DNA of 64,000 nucleotides from NCBI RefSeq assembly GCF_009914755.1, contig NC_060942.1, one strand, 5' to 3'. This DNA is from the human T2T-CHM13v2.0 reference genome, Homo sapiens. Numbering within the stretch: position 1 is the stretch's first letter; each line of letters opens with the position of its first letter. A program made the translations under genes and the position numbers. This document shows, piece after piece, positions 1-15,165 of this stretch. The notes beneath the pieces are model-generated. The model saw only the letters and a program-made list of their open reading frames with translations, was not told the origin of the DNA and ran no database searches.

Positions 1-1077
<1,077 letters not shown>

Positions 1078-1559
1078 TGATTAAACTTATCAAGAATTGT
1101 ACAATGTGTGGGTCAGTATCTGACAGGAAAAATGCAAACTCATTTCTAGGAAAGAACAATTAGTTATATTTTTAGTATATAAAGGGGCAATTAACTGGTC
1201 TTCACTTCATGGTATTATTAGCTGGATATTTTAGAGTGGTATTACTATAATAATTCCCCACTCTCAAACACACATGTTATGAAATGTTCACTAGACACCA
1301 TTTCAATATTTTAATTGTTTTTAATTTTTTAATTATTTATTTTAAATAAACAATATTTTATATCTGAAACCTGTTAATTTTGATTTGTTTGGTGGAACAT
1401 TTACTCAGAAAAATTACTTACCTCTACACATCCCTGACATGAAAGAAAATACTGGATGGATTGGCAATTCCAGTATAAAATATGGATCTATGAAAGTAGT
1501 GAAAGAAAATATAGAACTTATGATAGAAAAGGATGACCTCAAAGACAAAAATCATAAAG

Positions 1560-2000
1560 GAATGGTAATATGAAAACTTACTCCTTCTAGAATATGTTAT
1601 ATACAAAATTAAAAAGATAAATGGCAAATTAGAAACAACATTTGCAACATATATGAAAGAGAAAAAGTGAATATCCATGTTATGTAATGAGGTCTCATAA
1701 ATCTGTAAGAAAAAGCACTTCCCTTTTAATTTTAAAAATATCTACAAATTAAACACATGTCATTTTAATAATTAGCAACTATTTTTTAAAGGGGAAAGCA
1801 AAAGGAGGAAGGGGGAGATAATGTCTGGTTTAGGAAAAGTCTGGAAAATGGGAACACATATACACTGCTATCATATAGCAGTGTACACTGGGTGCAGGTG
1901 GGGAGTTGATCAAGCTGGCAATGTGTAGCAAAGTCTTTAAAAATTGCATATCCTTGGGCCCTACAGTTCTACTACTAGGAATATGTCCTAACAAAATAAA
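1560..2000 (+). mobile_element. Ancient L1ME-type ORF2 3' remnant
   Basis: Degenerate L1-like motifs (aaatggcaaattagaaacaacatttgcaacatat; cagttctactactaggaatatgtcct); boundaries approximate. Confidence 0.5.
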
Positions 2001-2016
2001 TAGTCTAACGTATTTA

Positions 2017-2433
<417 letters not shown>

Positions 2434-2954
2434 AAAGCTGCAAGAAGTCATAGACATGGCTATATGCTGGTCTAACTGTTGACTTCCCAACTCTTTAGAT
2501 GGAACATGTATAGGCAACATGGTGTAGAAAAAGAGTCTTGGCTTAAGAATTGGAATGCCTGAATCATGCTACTAACTAGCTGAGTTAATATAAATATGCA
2601 AATTTATGAAATTATTAAAATAATAATGTTAAAGAGTAGAAAAGTCTGTGAATCCCTTTACCCATGTATATGTGTTTGTCTTCACCGCTGATTTGCAAAT
2701 AAGAAGTCTCATATCAAGTGGGAAGGGTAGATTTTTATAATTTCACTGAAATTCAATACCAAATGGTAAAATCTGGAATGCCTTGACTGTGAGAGAAAAT
2801 AACAAAATATTTTAAATAGGGTATACATTCCAATTATTAGTTTTTGAAATTTATTCTAAAGAAATTTCTGCTCATATAAGGATGGGCAGAGGATAACTGG
2901 GCTTGAATAACTGGGCCACACCTACATTTAGGTGTGGTGGAGAGGCAGAGCTCC

Positions 2955-3155
2955 AGAGCAATCTGTTCAAAATTCTGTGATGCTGGAAATGCTCTATATC
3001 TTCTTAGTCCAATATAGTAACTACTAGCCACATGTGGCTATTAAACACTTGAAAGGTAGCTAGTGCGACTGATGAAACAGATTTCAAATCTTATTTAATG
3101 CTAAGTAATTGAAATAGCCACGTGTGTCTAGTGCTATCTTAATAGACAGTGACAC
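2955..3155 (+). mobile_element. MER3 (hAT-Charlie non-autonomous DNA transposon)
   Basis: Matches the recalled MER3 core: ttctgtgatgctggaaatgctctatatc...tagccacatgtggctattaaacacttgaaa...aatagccacgtgtgtctagtg. Confidence 0.8.
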
Positions 3156-4894
3156 TCTAGAATTAAGCACAACAAATAGGGTCTTTTATTTAATATCGGA
3201 GGTTAATTTCAAGCACCTCTGCTAAATTCGGATGATATAGATAGGACAAGAAGGTGAGTATTCTTTGTGCAATTTCCCTTTTATCTACAGAAATACAGAT
3301 CAATGAAATCCTTTGATTCTAGTGACTGCAAGTCCAAGATTTTCCAGAGAAGTGTTGGTCTCAAGTAGTCTGTAGTTTTGTTTGCTTAAGAATTTTAATG
3401 CTCATTCATTTTCTCATTTATTTTTTTTAAAAAACCTTATATTGAATATATTTGTGTTGGACACTGACATTGAAAAGATAGTAGTAGTGCAGAGTTCCTT
3501 GATTCAGGAAATCCTTGGAGTATCCTAAGGAGTAAATGGTGCAGAGCAGATATTACAGAGGAGGGGAGAGAAAATGCTGTGTGGAGAAGGAAGCACTGGG
3601 ATAAACCTTAAAGAAATGGCCAGTGTTCAATAGGAAGCTGGGGAAAGGAGGATCTTGAGAAACAGAACAGTATGGGAAAACCAGGGAGAGATGAGAATCA
3701 GAAATGTCTGGAAATGTAATAATGGCAGCAGCACAGAAAATAGACTAGTGTGTAGACAGAAATGAGTCCAGAAGTTAATGTTACAATCCAGAACAAGTAT
3801 GAGGGAGGTTATGAGCTAAGGGGATGAAAGTAGAATTTAAAAAGAGTAGATTTGAGAGGTGTTTTGTCTGTTGCTTCTCTTTACAATAAGTCAGGTAGAG
3901 AACAACTGATTTATCTTTTAAGCCCCCTTGAAAATTGTCGATTACTGCATACAATGCTGGAGCAGGATTTTTGTGGCCAAGGAAACTGAGCGTATCTTAC
4001 AATATGCAAGTTTTTCAAACAGGACCAACTTACATAAATCATCCTCTTGGAAGTAGGCGCAACTACATCATGTATGTAGTTGAAATGTATGACACATGAC
4101 AATTTTGTTTGGGGATGTAATGTAACTGAGGTGGAAACTTAATATTTATGAGACTTCCTCTTTCGTTAAAATCTTAACATTCTTTGATTTTGACAAATAG
4201 TGTTTTTATTTCTTCCAAAAATACAAGAATTTTAAAAGTATATAATTAGGCATCGTTTAGAAAGGTCAAAAAAGCAATCGTCTGTTGAATTTATGATTTG
4301 GGTACATTATTCTTCTCCAGTCTTTACCCCATTTTGATGGACTTTTTTCTCTTGGCAGTATATCCAGGTTCATTTATAGGTGGGAAGACAGTAGAAGCTG
4401 TTATTCCAGCATCAAAGCCCCCACTGTTTTCTAATAAGACGTTAGGTTTTATTTCTTCCAAAGCCTTATGATCACTGCAGTCAAAAAAAGAAGGGTGGAA
4501 AATGCAGAAAAATGGTGGAGGAGGTGGAGTATGGTCTTGGTCATAAAGAAATGAAAGGAGAAAGGTATTACTGAAGAGTATGGGCATTAGTCTGACTGTA
4601 AGGAGGACTTTGGCAGTAACTACAAGCCAGAGTGAGTGAGGAAAGAATAGCAGCCATTTGGGCAATGTGCTGACCATGTGTGGCTTGATACTAGGAAACC
4701 TGAACATACAGCAGGACAGAGAGGAGCACATCATGTGAGAGTTCCATGAGTTCTCGGATTTAAGAAAATAGAAGACTTTCTAAGTGCCAGATACTGTTCT
4801 AAGTACTTTTTGTTTAACCTATTTAAGGCAATTAACCCTTTTTTTTTGGAGAACAGTCATAGAACATGGAAATCACTGAAGAAATGTAAGTAGT

Positions 4895-5214
<320 letters not shown>

Positions 5215-5224
5215 TAAGTAGTTA

Positions 5225-5350
5225 TTATCTCTCCATCAATCCTCACAACAACCCTATGAGCAGGGTACTTTTACCATCTTTATTTTACAGATGAAGAAAT
5301 TAAGGCCCGAGAGGTTAAGTAATCCCCCAAACAGCATACAGTTAATCAGA
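5225..5350 (-). mobile_element. MIR fragment
   Basis: aatcctcacaacaaccctatgag...attttacagatgaagaaattaaggcccgagaggttaagtaa is the reverse-complemented MIR core. Confidence 0.8.
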
Positions 5351-8300
5351 GAGAGCTCTATTTAATCAGCTCAACTACTACGCCATCCTGCCTACTCTTA
5401 ATCTATGTTAATTTTATAATATGTACAGAGATGATACTTGTAACGTGCTCACAAAGTGCCTGACATATAGTAAACCTGCAAAAATGTTAGCAATTATCAT
5501 TATGTAATAAGATTTAGAAGACTTTCCGGTATTTATGTCATTCTACACCGACACTGCTCAGAAATAGTAACAAGATTTTTAGGGCAGCTCTGGATTTTTC
5601 TTATGTAAAGTGTAAAGAAAGCTTTGTTTAGGAGCATGCCCTTATAAATTGGAGAAACTCTTCTTCTACCCAAATACTGTCAATCAGTTTGACTGGCACA
5701 GTTGAAGTTTTTACCTCAAAGAATGGGCCTCATTGAAATGTTCTATATACTCATCTACATGGCTCTGACCTTCTGACAGAGAATGACTGCTGCTAATGGT
5801 ACTAATAAGAGCAAATGGAATTCCCTTCCAAGCTTGGTATTTGAATAATATGTCAATTTGTTCATTGCCGTCTTACTAGGAATTAAATGCGCTAATATTT
5901 TTATAACCTAAGGGAGCTAGTGCGAGGTTGGCAGCCAGAAAAGGGAATCAGGCCAGAGGCTGGCCAAGGCATAGTCATGAGGGGGTGGAAGGGTCACAAA
6001 GTCAAAGTCAAGCAGGTGGACCCAGGCAGAACCCAACCAGACTCTAGAACAAAGTTAGGTTCAAAGTTTGGTTCTTATCTCCTTTCCCTATAATGTGGGC
6101 TGGTAGGGGTGGGTTGATTGTCATCCTCTGTACAAAAAGAATTGTATGGAAAATTAGCTGGCTCTGAAATCTAACTGAAATAAGAAAGTCAATAAAAGCA
6201 TAATTAAAGATACTTAAACATTGTAGATACAGGCAATGAAAGAACAATGCCTCTGTTGTACTGGATTTCCAGCAGGGAATGATGCTGTTTGGGTTAAGAC
6301 ACAGGTAAGGCAGAGGAGCTTTGAGAATACCATGGCTCAGGAAGGAAGAAATGTGAGAAAGCTAGAGAGGTACAGGAGACTACAGAGGAGAAGGGAAAGG
6401 CAAAATCTGGATTCTGAGTAATCAGAAGTTGTCGTCTGCTTTGGTGGCTCCTATAGTTCCCTTTGTCTTCATCAGTGACCTGAGAATTCACAGGGTTTTC
6501 ACCAGTAATGTCACTGGGCAAGTGTGCCAGGCCGACCACCCAATAAGAGGACAAGGAAGAGAGAGTGGAAGGATCAGCAGAACTGTCACCACTCTGATTC
6601 TGTGGTGTGGGAGCTGGGGATGTGGGGTGGGGAATCTCTCTCTAGAGGTTTGTTCTCTGCTGTGTTACTCCCATCTGTGATGGCTTTTTCTCCATGAGCT
6701 TAAATGGTGATGGTTTTCTTCCAACTATTAGGGAATACATTGATAATGTTAGTGATTCATAGAGTGTCTGAAATAATCTCTGCAAATGTTATGTGTAGTT
6801 GGTTATCTGGAGAAGTAACAAGCTTTTATCAACCATAATAACTAAATTTGTATGGTGATTTACTGTTTGCAAAATATTCAATTATGTTATATTTGAATCT
6901 CCCACAATCCTAGGAGGTTGATGACACCATCAATTCCTTTATAAGGATGAAGGAAATCAAGCTCAATTACTTTCCTAGAGGCACTGGGTTTGATAGCAAA
7001 GCACAAATTTTAATTTACTGGTTTACTAATGCATCCTGCTTCATTCAACACCTCTTCACCTTTAAAAGTAAAAATTGTCTCAGTGATAGCTATTTACCTT
7101 TAGAAAATGGCTATTACAAATAAAGAACTCTTACATTTACTCAGATTGTTCAGATTAAATTCTCCCTTTAAACATACTTTCAAGGTAGTTTATGTACACA
7201 GTAGGTATTTAATAAGTGTTAACTGCTTGATTATTGTCTCTTTGTACTCCTCCAGAGCAATCATTCTGATTCTCACACACTGGATTAAAAGGTTGTTTAT
7301 TTTGGAGTAGAAGGGAATACTCTGCAATTACAACTCCCAACATGGGAAACTAATGAAAAAAAACAAACAAACAAAAACGTGACGCAGTTCTTTTTAACTT
7401 AAGAAAATAATCTAGCTTCTAACATATAAATGAGTAGACTTAAAATAACTGGACAAAGCCAGAAGGCAACAAGGCAGACAACTTATACTTAGGCAAAACT
7501 AATCAAAGGAAATTATCATGAGCCCCAAAACTACTCTGCTTCTCATATCCATGCAACACCCAAACAATATACAATTTTATCTTGCCTATGAAATTCCCAA
7601 GTATATTCCTACGTATGTGTTTGTCTTTGTACCACACACTGTCTGTATTCTTTAAAAACCTTCCCTTACCTGACATTGCCCTTGAGTTTAGTTATCTTCC
7701 TTGCCTATCGGAGACATAAAAAATACTCTTCCCCTGGCTAATGCTCTGTGAGAACCAGTGATTAAAGTCTGGGCAGGAGAAAAGAAGTCGGGGCATATGA
7801 TTGTCAGTATTAGGGTTTTCCGGTTTGGCTAAAGTGAAGCTCCTTACTTCAGCTAGTATTGCAGCTATTTGAGCTCCCCTTTCCTTATACTCCTTCCTAA
7901 AATGTTTAAAAAAAGTCCAAATTGCAACATTTATTACCTTTCTCATTTAAAATTGTATTAAAATAATCCTTTGGGTTTAAATATTATCTTCTGTTAGTAA
8001 TGCTAAGATCTGAGATTCTTTTGATTAGGTTAAGGTTAGGCAGGAAAGGAATATTAAAATAAAGAAGAATGTCACTTGCTAGCTATTAAATATATTATAA
8101 GCTATAATCACAATTAAGTTGAACTATAATTTAAAAGGGTGTTAATATAGACAAACCCTGGAGTATAAACAAATACTTGCATAGGTATCAATATATGCTA
8201 GACAAGGCTGTGCATAGCAACAGGAAAGATTATTATTATTATGCAGTAAAATACTACTGGGAAGGAAAATATTTTCATTCATACTACAAAATGAATTCCA

Positions 8301-8371
8301 GGTAAATTAGAGTTAAATACTTACTATAAATCAAATTATAAGGATTAATAGAAAATATACAGGAATTTTAA

Positions 8372-8900
8372 AAGAGCTTTATTGTGATATAATTGATAAT
8401 GAACTAAACTATTTAAATTGTACAAATTAATAGGTTTTGACATATATATATACATACACACACACACACACACACACACATATCCTAAGCCATCTTTAGA
8501 ATCAAGATAGTGAACATATTCATCACCACCAAAAATTTCCTCAAGCTCCTTGGTAATGCCTCCCACCTGTCCCTCCCCCATCCCAAGCAACCACAAATGA
8601 ATTTTCAGTCACTATAGATTAGTTTGCATTTTCTAGAGTTTATGTAAATGGAATCAGACAGTACATACTTTTTTGGTCTGGTTTCTTTCACTCAGTATAA
8701 TTGTTTTGTGACTTATCTACATTGTGTGTATCAACAATGTGTTCATCTTTCTTACTTTATTTATTGTTTATCCATTCATCTTTGATTAACATTGAGGTTC
8801 TTTCTGGTTTTTGACTATTACGAATAAAGCTACTATGAACATTCATGTGAAAATGTTTCAACAGATACATATTTTCTTTCCTTTTGAGTAAATGTCTATG
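8372..8900 (-). mobile_element. Old L1M (L1MB/MC-type) 3' end containing a (TA)(CA)n microsatellite
   Basis: ttgcattttctagagtttatgtaaatggaatc...ggtttctttcactcagtataat...ttttgactattacgaataaagctactatgaacatt, typical antisense L1M 3' end. Confidence 0.75.
8440..8482. repeat. (TA)n(CA)n microsatellite
   Basis: Read directly from the sequence. Confidence 0.95.
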
Positions 8901-9465
8901 GGAATTTTAAATGATCCATGAAAGAAAAAGGACTTTATAAATATAAGAATTAAAAGTTCACCATGGAAAATCATTATATTTGACAACATTAACATTTTAA
9001 ATTACTGCAACTCAAAAAAAAATGTTCTTAACCAAACTTCAGGTTAAATGATAGTCAAAGAAACTGTATAAGTAATAGCTAACAATGATAAGAACTTGCC
9101 ATAAGCAAAGCATCGGCAACTCTGTCTGATCTATCAGTTGATCTTCACAACAGTCCTAAAAGGTTAAACACTATAGTGCCACATCCTGTGTACTTAACCA
9201 CTGTTCAGTGGTGCCTCCCTGTGTGGAGAAGGAGTATATATTATACATAGACGGTATATTTGTCAAAAAAAGTTTAATATCCAATCGTAGGAAATTATGT
9301 GAAACATAATAGAAATAATTTATATATTGTATATCTCTGAAATAAATATGTGAGACCATATGTCAATAACCTAAATATAATTTGTGCAAAATATGTAGGA
9401 GAATACAAAGGCAATAAAATGGGCAAGGGACATAAGATGTTCACAACTAAAAAAAGTAAAAATAG

Positions 9466-9780
<315 letters not shown>

Positions 9781-10298
9781 CTATGAAAAATATTAAACTT
9801 CACTCTTAATCAAATACATTCAAAATAAAATCAAACTGTGACACCTATCAAATGAGTGAATATTCTTAGATATGTTATTGTCAGTTTTTATTGCTTTATT
9901 TTAATAGTAGTAATATGTAATGTTAGTGAAGTTGAAAGCCATTCTCACACTTTATTGGTGGTGAAATATAAATTAATACAATCATTCTGGAAAGCAATTT
10001 GGCATATCAGTATGTATCAATGACTTGACAATAATTATGCCCTTTGATAAAAGATTTTATTTTTGAAATCACCTGAAGCAATAACCTTAAATGGATACAA
10101 AGAGTTATGTACAGAATGTCTTTTATAGTGTGATATAATGTCTTATAACAGGAAAATGAATAGCTAAAGTCATTTCATAGCTAAAAAATCCTATGCAGCT
10201 ACTAAAGCGGTGTTTACTAAGCATTATCATAAACTGTTGGTAGAAGTGAGAATTACTACAAATTTATTGAACAGCAGTTTGATAATTTTTAATGTTTT

Positions 10299-13146
10299 TA
10301 ATTTATAAAGAAAACAGGTTTATTTGGCTCGCAGTTCTGCAGGTTGTACACAAAGCATAATGCCAGCATCTGCTCCTGGCAAGGGCCTCAGGAAGCTTGT
10401 AATAATGGTACAAGGTGAAAGGGAAATAGCATATCACATGGCAAGAGAGGGGAGAGGTGCCAGGCTCTTTTAAACCAGCTCTTGGTGTGAATTGATACAG
10501 TGAGAACTCTCTCATTACAGTGAAGACAACACCAAGCCATTCATGACAGATCTATCCCTAAACACTTCCCACTAGGCCCACCTCCAACATTGGAGGTCAC
10601 ATTTCAGCATAAGATTTGGAGGGGTCAGATCCTAGGCAAAAAGAACAAAGCTGGAGGCATAACACTACCTGACTTCAAACTATACTATAAGGCTACAGTA
10701 AACAAAACAGCATGGTACTGGTACCAAAACAGATATATAGATCAATGGAACAGAACATTGATCAGAAATAACACCTCAGAAATAATACCACACATCTACA
10801 ACCATCGGATATTTGATAAACATGACAAAAACAAGCAATGGGGAAAGGATTCCCTATTTAATAAATGGTGCTGGAAAAACTGGCTAGTCATATGCAGAAA
10901 ACTGAAACTGGACCCTTTCTTTACACCTTATACAAAAATTAACTCAAGATGGATTAAAGACTTAAACCTAAGACCTAAAGCCATAAAAACCCTAGAAGAA
11001 AACCTAGGCAATACCATTCAGGAGATAGGCATGGGCAAAGACTTCATGACTAAAACACCAAAAGCAATGACAACAAAAGGCAAAATAGACAAATGGGATC
11101 TAATTAAACTAAAGTGCTTCTGCACAGTAAAAGAAACTATCAACAGAGTGAACAGGCAACCTACAGAATAGGAGAAAATTTTTGCAATCTATCCATCTGA
11201 CAAAGGGCTAATATCTAGAATCTACAAAGAACTTAAACAAATTTACAAGAAAAAAAAAAAACAACCCCATCAAAAAGTGGGCAAAGGATATGAACAGACA
11301 CTTCTCAAAAGAAGACATTTATGCAGCCAGCAAACTTATGAAAAAAAGCTCATCATCACTGGTCATTAGAGAAATGCAAATCAAAACCACAATACGATAC
11401 TATCTCACACCAGTTAGAATGGCGATCATTAAAAAGTCAGGAAAAAACAGATGCTGGAGAGAATGTGGAGAAATAGGAACACTTTTACACTGTTGGTGGG
11501 ACTGTAAATTAGTTCAGCCATTGTGGAAGACAGTGTGGCGATTCCTCAAGGATCTAGAACTGGAAATACCCTTTGACCCAACAATCCCATTACTGGGTAT
11601 ATACCCAAAGGATTATAAATCATTCTACTATAAAGACACATGCACACGTGTGTTTATTGCAGCACTGTTCACAATAGCAAAGTCTTGGAACCAACCCAAA
11701 TGTCCATCGATGATAGACTGGATTAAGAAAATGTGGCACATATACACCATGGAATACTATGCAGCCATAAAAAAGGATGAGTTCATATCCTTTTCGGGGA
11801 CATGTATGAAACTGGAAATCATCATTCTCAGCAACGTAACAGAAGAAGAGAAAACCAAACACTGCATGTTCTCACTCATAAGTGGTAGTTGAACAATGAG
11901 AACACATGGACACAGGGAGGGAACGTCACACACCAGAGCCTGTCGGGGAGTGGGGGGCTGGAGGAGGGATAGCATTAGGAGAAATACCTAATGTAAATGA
12001 CGAGTTCATAGGTGCAGCAAACCCACATGGCACATGTATACCTATGTAACAAACCTGCACATTGTGCACATATACCCCAGAACTTAAAGTATAATAATTT
12101 AAAAAAAAATAAAAAGAAAGATTTGGAGGGATCAGAATATCCAAATCTATCATTCTTCCCCTGGTCCCCCGAATTTCATGTCTTTCTCACATTGCAAAAT
12201 ACAGTCATCTCTTCCTCATAGCCTCCAAGTCTTACCTCATTCCAGCATCACTCAAAAGTCCAAAGTCTCTTCTGAGACTCAAGGCAAGTCCTTCCACCTA
12301 TGAGCCTGTAAGATAAAAATCAAGTTATTTGCTTCCAACGACAGTAATACTACAGGCATTGAGTAAACATTCCAAAAGGGAAAAATCAGCCTGAGGAAAG
12401 GAGTAAGAGGCCCCATGCAAGTCTGAAACCCAGCAGGGCTGACCTTAAACCTTAGTGCTCCAAAATAATCCTTCACTCCTTGTCCTGAAACCAGAGCACA
12501 CTGGTGCAAGGGATGGACTCCCAACACTTAGGGCATCTCCACCTCCATGGCTATGCAGACTGCCACCGAGTGGCTGCTCTCCTGGATTGGAGTTGAGTGC
12601 CTGTGGCTTTCCAGGCTCAGGATGCAAGCTGCCAGTGGCTCTACCATTTTCCCAACTGAAGGACAGCAACCCCCTTCTCACAGCTCCACTAGGTAGTGCC
12701 CTGGTGAGGACGCTGTGTGGGGCTCCAACCCCACATTTCCCCTTAGCACTGCCCTAGGAAAGTATCTTTGTGGAGGCTCCACCCTGCGGCAAGCACCAAG
12801 GCTTTCCTCTGATACATCCTCTGGAATCTAGGTGGAAGCTGCCAAGCCTCCTTCACTTGTGCATTCTGTGTGCCTGCAGGCTCAACACAACGTAGAAGCC
12901 CCCAAGGCTTGCAGTTTGCACTCTCAGAAGCGGCAGCCTGAGCTGTACCTGAAGCCCTTTAAGCAAAGGCTGGAGCCCTAGCAGCTGGGATGCTGGGAGC
13001 AGTTTTCTGAGGCTTCACAGGGCAGCAGGGTCCTGGGCCTGGCCCCAAAACCCATTCTTTCCTACTGTGATCCTGGGCTGGTGATGGGAGGACTGTCCTG
13101 AAGCCTTCTGAAATGCTTTTAAGGCCTTTTTCCCATTGTCTTGGCT
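10299..13146 (-). mobile_element. MaLR MSTB-like: 3' part of the internal region (12153-13146) plus a 3' LTR lacking U5 (10299-10629 and 12137-12152), interrupted by an L1
   Basis: MST LTR motifs (taatttataaagaaaacaggtttatttggctc...cccactaggcccacctccaacattggaggtcacatttc); LTR boundary ...ccaaatctatca at 12152 abuts a polypurine tract (rc ccaggggaagaa); MST-int motifs follow to ...cccattgtcttggct. Confidence 0.85.
10630..12117 (+). mobile_element. 5'-truncated LINE-1 (L1PA6/7-like), about 1.5 kb
   Basis: ORFs 10590-11171 and 11290-11892 are L1 ORF2 fragments; 3'UTR and A tail present; 19-bp TSD aagatttggaggg(g/a)tcaga at 10611-10629 and 12118-12136. Confidence 0.95.
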
Positions 13147-13374
13147 TGATAATATTTTTAATTTCCTTAAAATACTTATGACCATTGACTAGTAATTTTA
13201 CTTTTAGGAATGTCTAAAATGGAAATATTTTTGGCCCAGAATTTATAAACAAGGATACTGATCCCAGTATTATAATATCCTTGTGAATCAAGGATATTGA
13301 TTCACAGTATTGTGAAAACAAATTTTCACTGTAAAACAAACTAAATGCCCAACAATGAAGAACAAGTTAAATAA

Positions 13375-13780
<406 letters not shown>

Positions 13781-14439
13781 TAATCCTAATATTAAGAGGG
13801 AGGGGGGGAAAAGGCAAAAAATGATAGAAATAAAGCAAGGTATCCTTAATGACTGTCCATGGGTAATAGATTAATTTTCCTATCTTTACTTTCCTATGTT
13901 TTCTGAATTTTCTTCAGCAGATACGTATTACTTTCGCAATGTTGTGATATTAAGTTAAAAGTGAGAATTTGAAATTGCATACTCAATGTGAATGCAGCTA
14001 CGTATAGAAGAAGCAAGAAGACTATCAGCTGCAATGTTAATAGTATGGTTTTTATCTTCTTTTGTATAATTATTGGAGTTTTTCTATATGTTAAGAAATC
14101 AGGACAAAAATGATTTTGACAAAGAAAGGACAAAAAACAAGGCCCACTTCTTAGTTTATGAAAAGCAGTATAGGAGAACAGAAGGGAATTATAATAGGCT
14201 CCTCCTGCTGCAGGTTTGAGAAATATCACTTCAACTAGTTTAAAAAATTTAAAAAAATAAAATAAATAATTTTTCATGCAGAAATATTTTACATGAAAAG
14301 TAAAATTTCCCCACCTAAAATTTCTATTCTCATCCCAGGATAAAACTGTTGAGGGCTTTATATATTTCCTTCCAGTACTTTTTTCAAAGAATATTATAAA
14401 ATAAAGTATTTTTCTCAAAAAAAAATAAAAAGGAGGAAT

Positions 14440-14890
14440 CAGCTTATGTAAATAACAAGGACTTGGGTACAGTTGGCTGCAGACTCATTTAGATCCAGAG
14501 GCCCAAAGGGCATCCCCAAGTTCTCTTCCCTGTTTCAAGGCTTTGCTTGTTTCTGCTTAGCTTTCTTCAGTGATTCCTACTCAAACACAAAACCAAACCT
14601 TATGCCTCTCACTAGCTCCTGGAAAGAGGCTTCCCAAACAGCAGGTAAGATGGCTGCCAGTAGCCCCCAAATCACACCCCACCAGCTTCACTTTCTGAGC
14701 AGGAGATTTTTCTTAATAATTCAAAGATCCCAGCAAGTAAGTGAGAAAGCCTGGCTTGGGGTGTGTGTACAGCCCTGAATGGTCACCATGGCCAAGTGGG
14801 TGGGGTATTCTGACACCCGGGGTCCCTTCAGTTGTGCACCTCTATGTCTGAAGGAAAACACAGGCAGCCCCACCACAATTACCTGGAAGA
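14440..14890. mobile_element. Old MLT1/ERVL-type LTR remnant
   Basis: Degenerate motifs (gatccagaggcccaaag; aagatggctgccagtagcccc; ccctgaatggtcaccatggccaag); subfamily and strand uncertain. Confidence 0.45.
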
Positions 14891-15004
14891 GAGTCCCAGA
14901 GAAGTCACAAGAAAAAAAAGAGGAAAGGGAATATTGAAAAGAGAGTATGATGTCAATGTCAATGGCAGGAACTCATAGGTATAATACCAAATGTCTTACA
15001 AAAT

Positions 15005-15165
15005 CATCTTATTCAGTCAGTCCTCGTGGAATTATATAAGGAAAATTATTATGTGCACTTTCAAATAAGGAAATGGAGGGTAAGAAAAACAAGTTATTTG
15101 CTCAAGTACATGCAGGTAGTACCTGGCAGCAAGGAGATTTGAACTCAAGTGTGTCTAATGTCATT
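15005..15165 (-). mobile_element. MIR fragment
   Basis: ttcaaataaggaaatggagg...aagttatttgctcaagtacatgcaggtagt...atttgaactcaagtgtgtcta. Confidence 0.65.

Noticed and set aside
3248-3298. Strong donor AAG|GTGAGT followed by an acceptor 37 nt later
   Set aside because: Too short for a spliceosomal intron, and no convincing partner sites define an exon.
13894-14418. 174-aa minus-strand ORF
   Set aside because: AT-rich F/L/I/K composition typical of non-coding DNA; non-ATG start; overlaps degenerate L1-like sequence.
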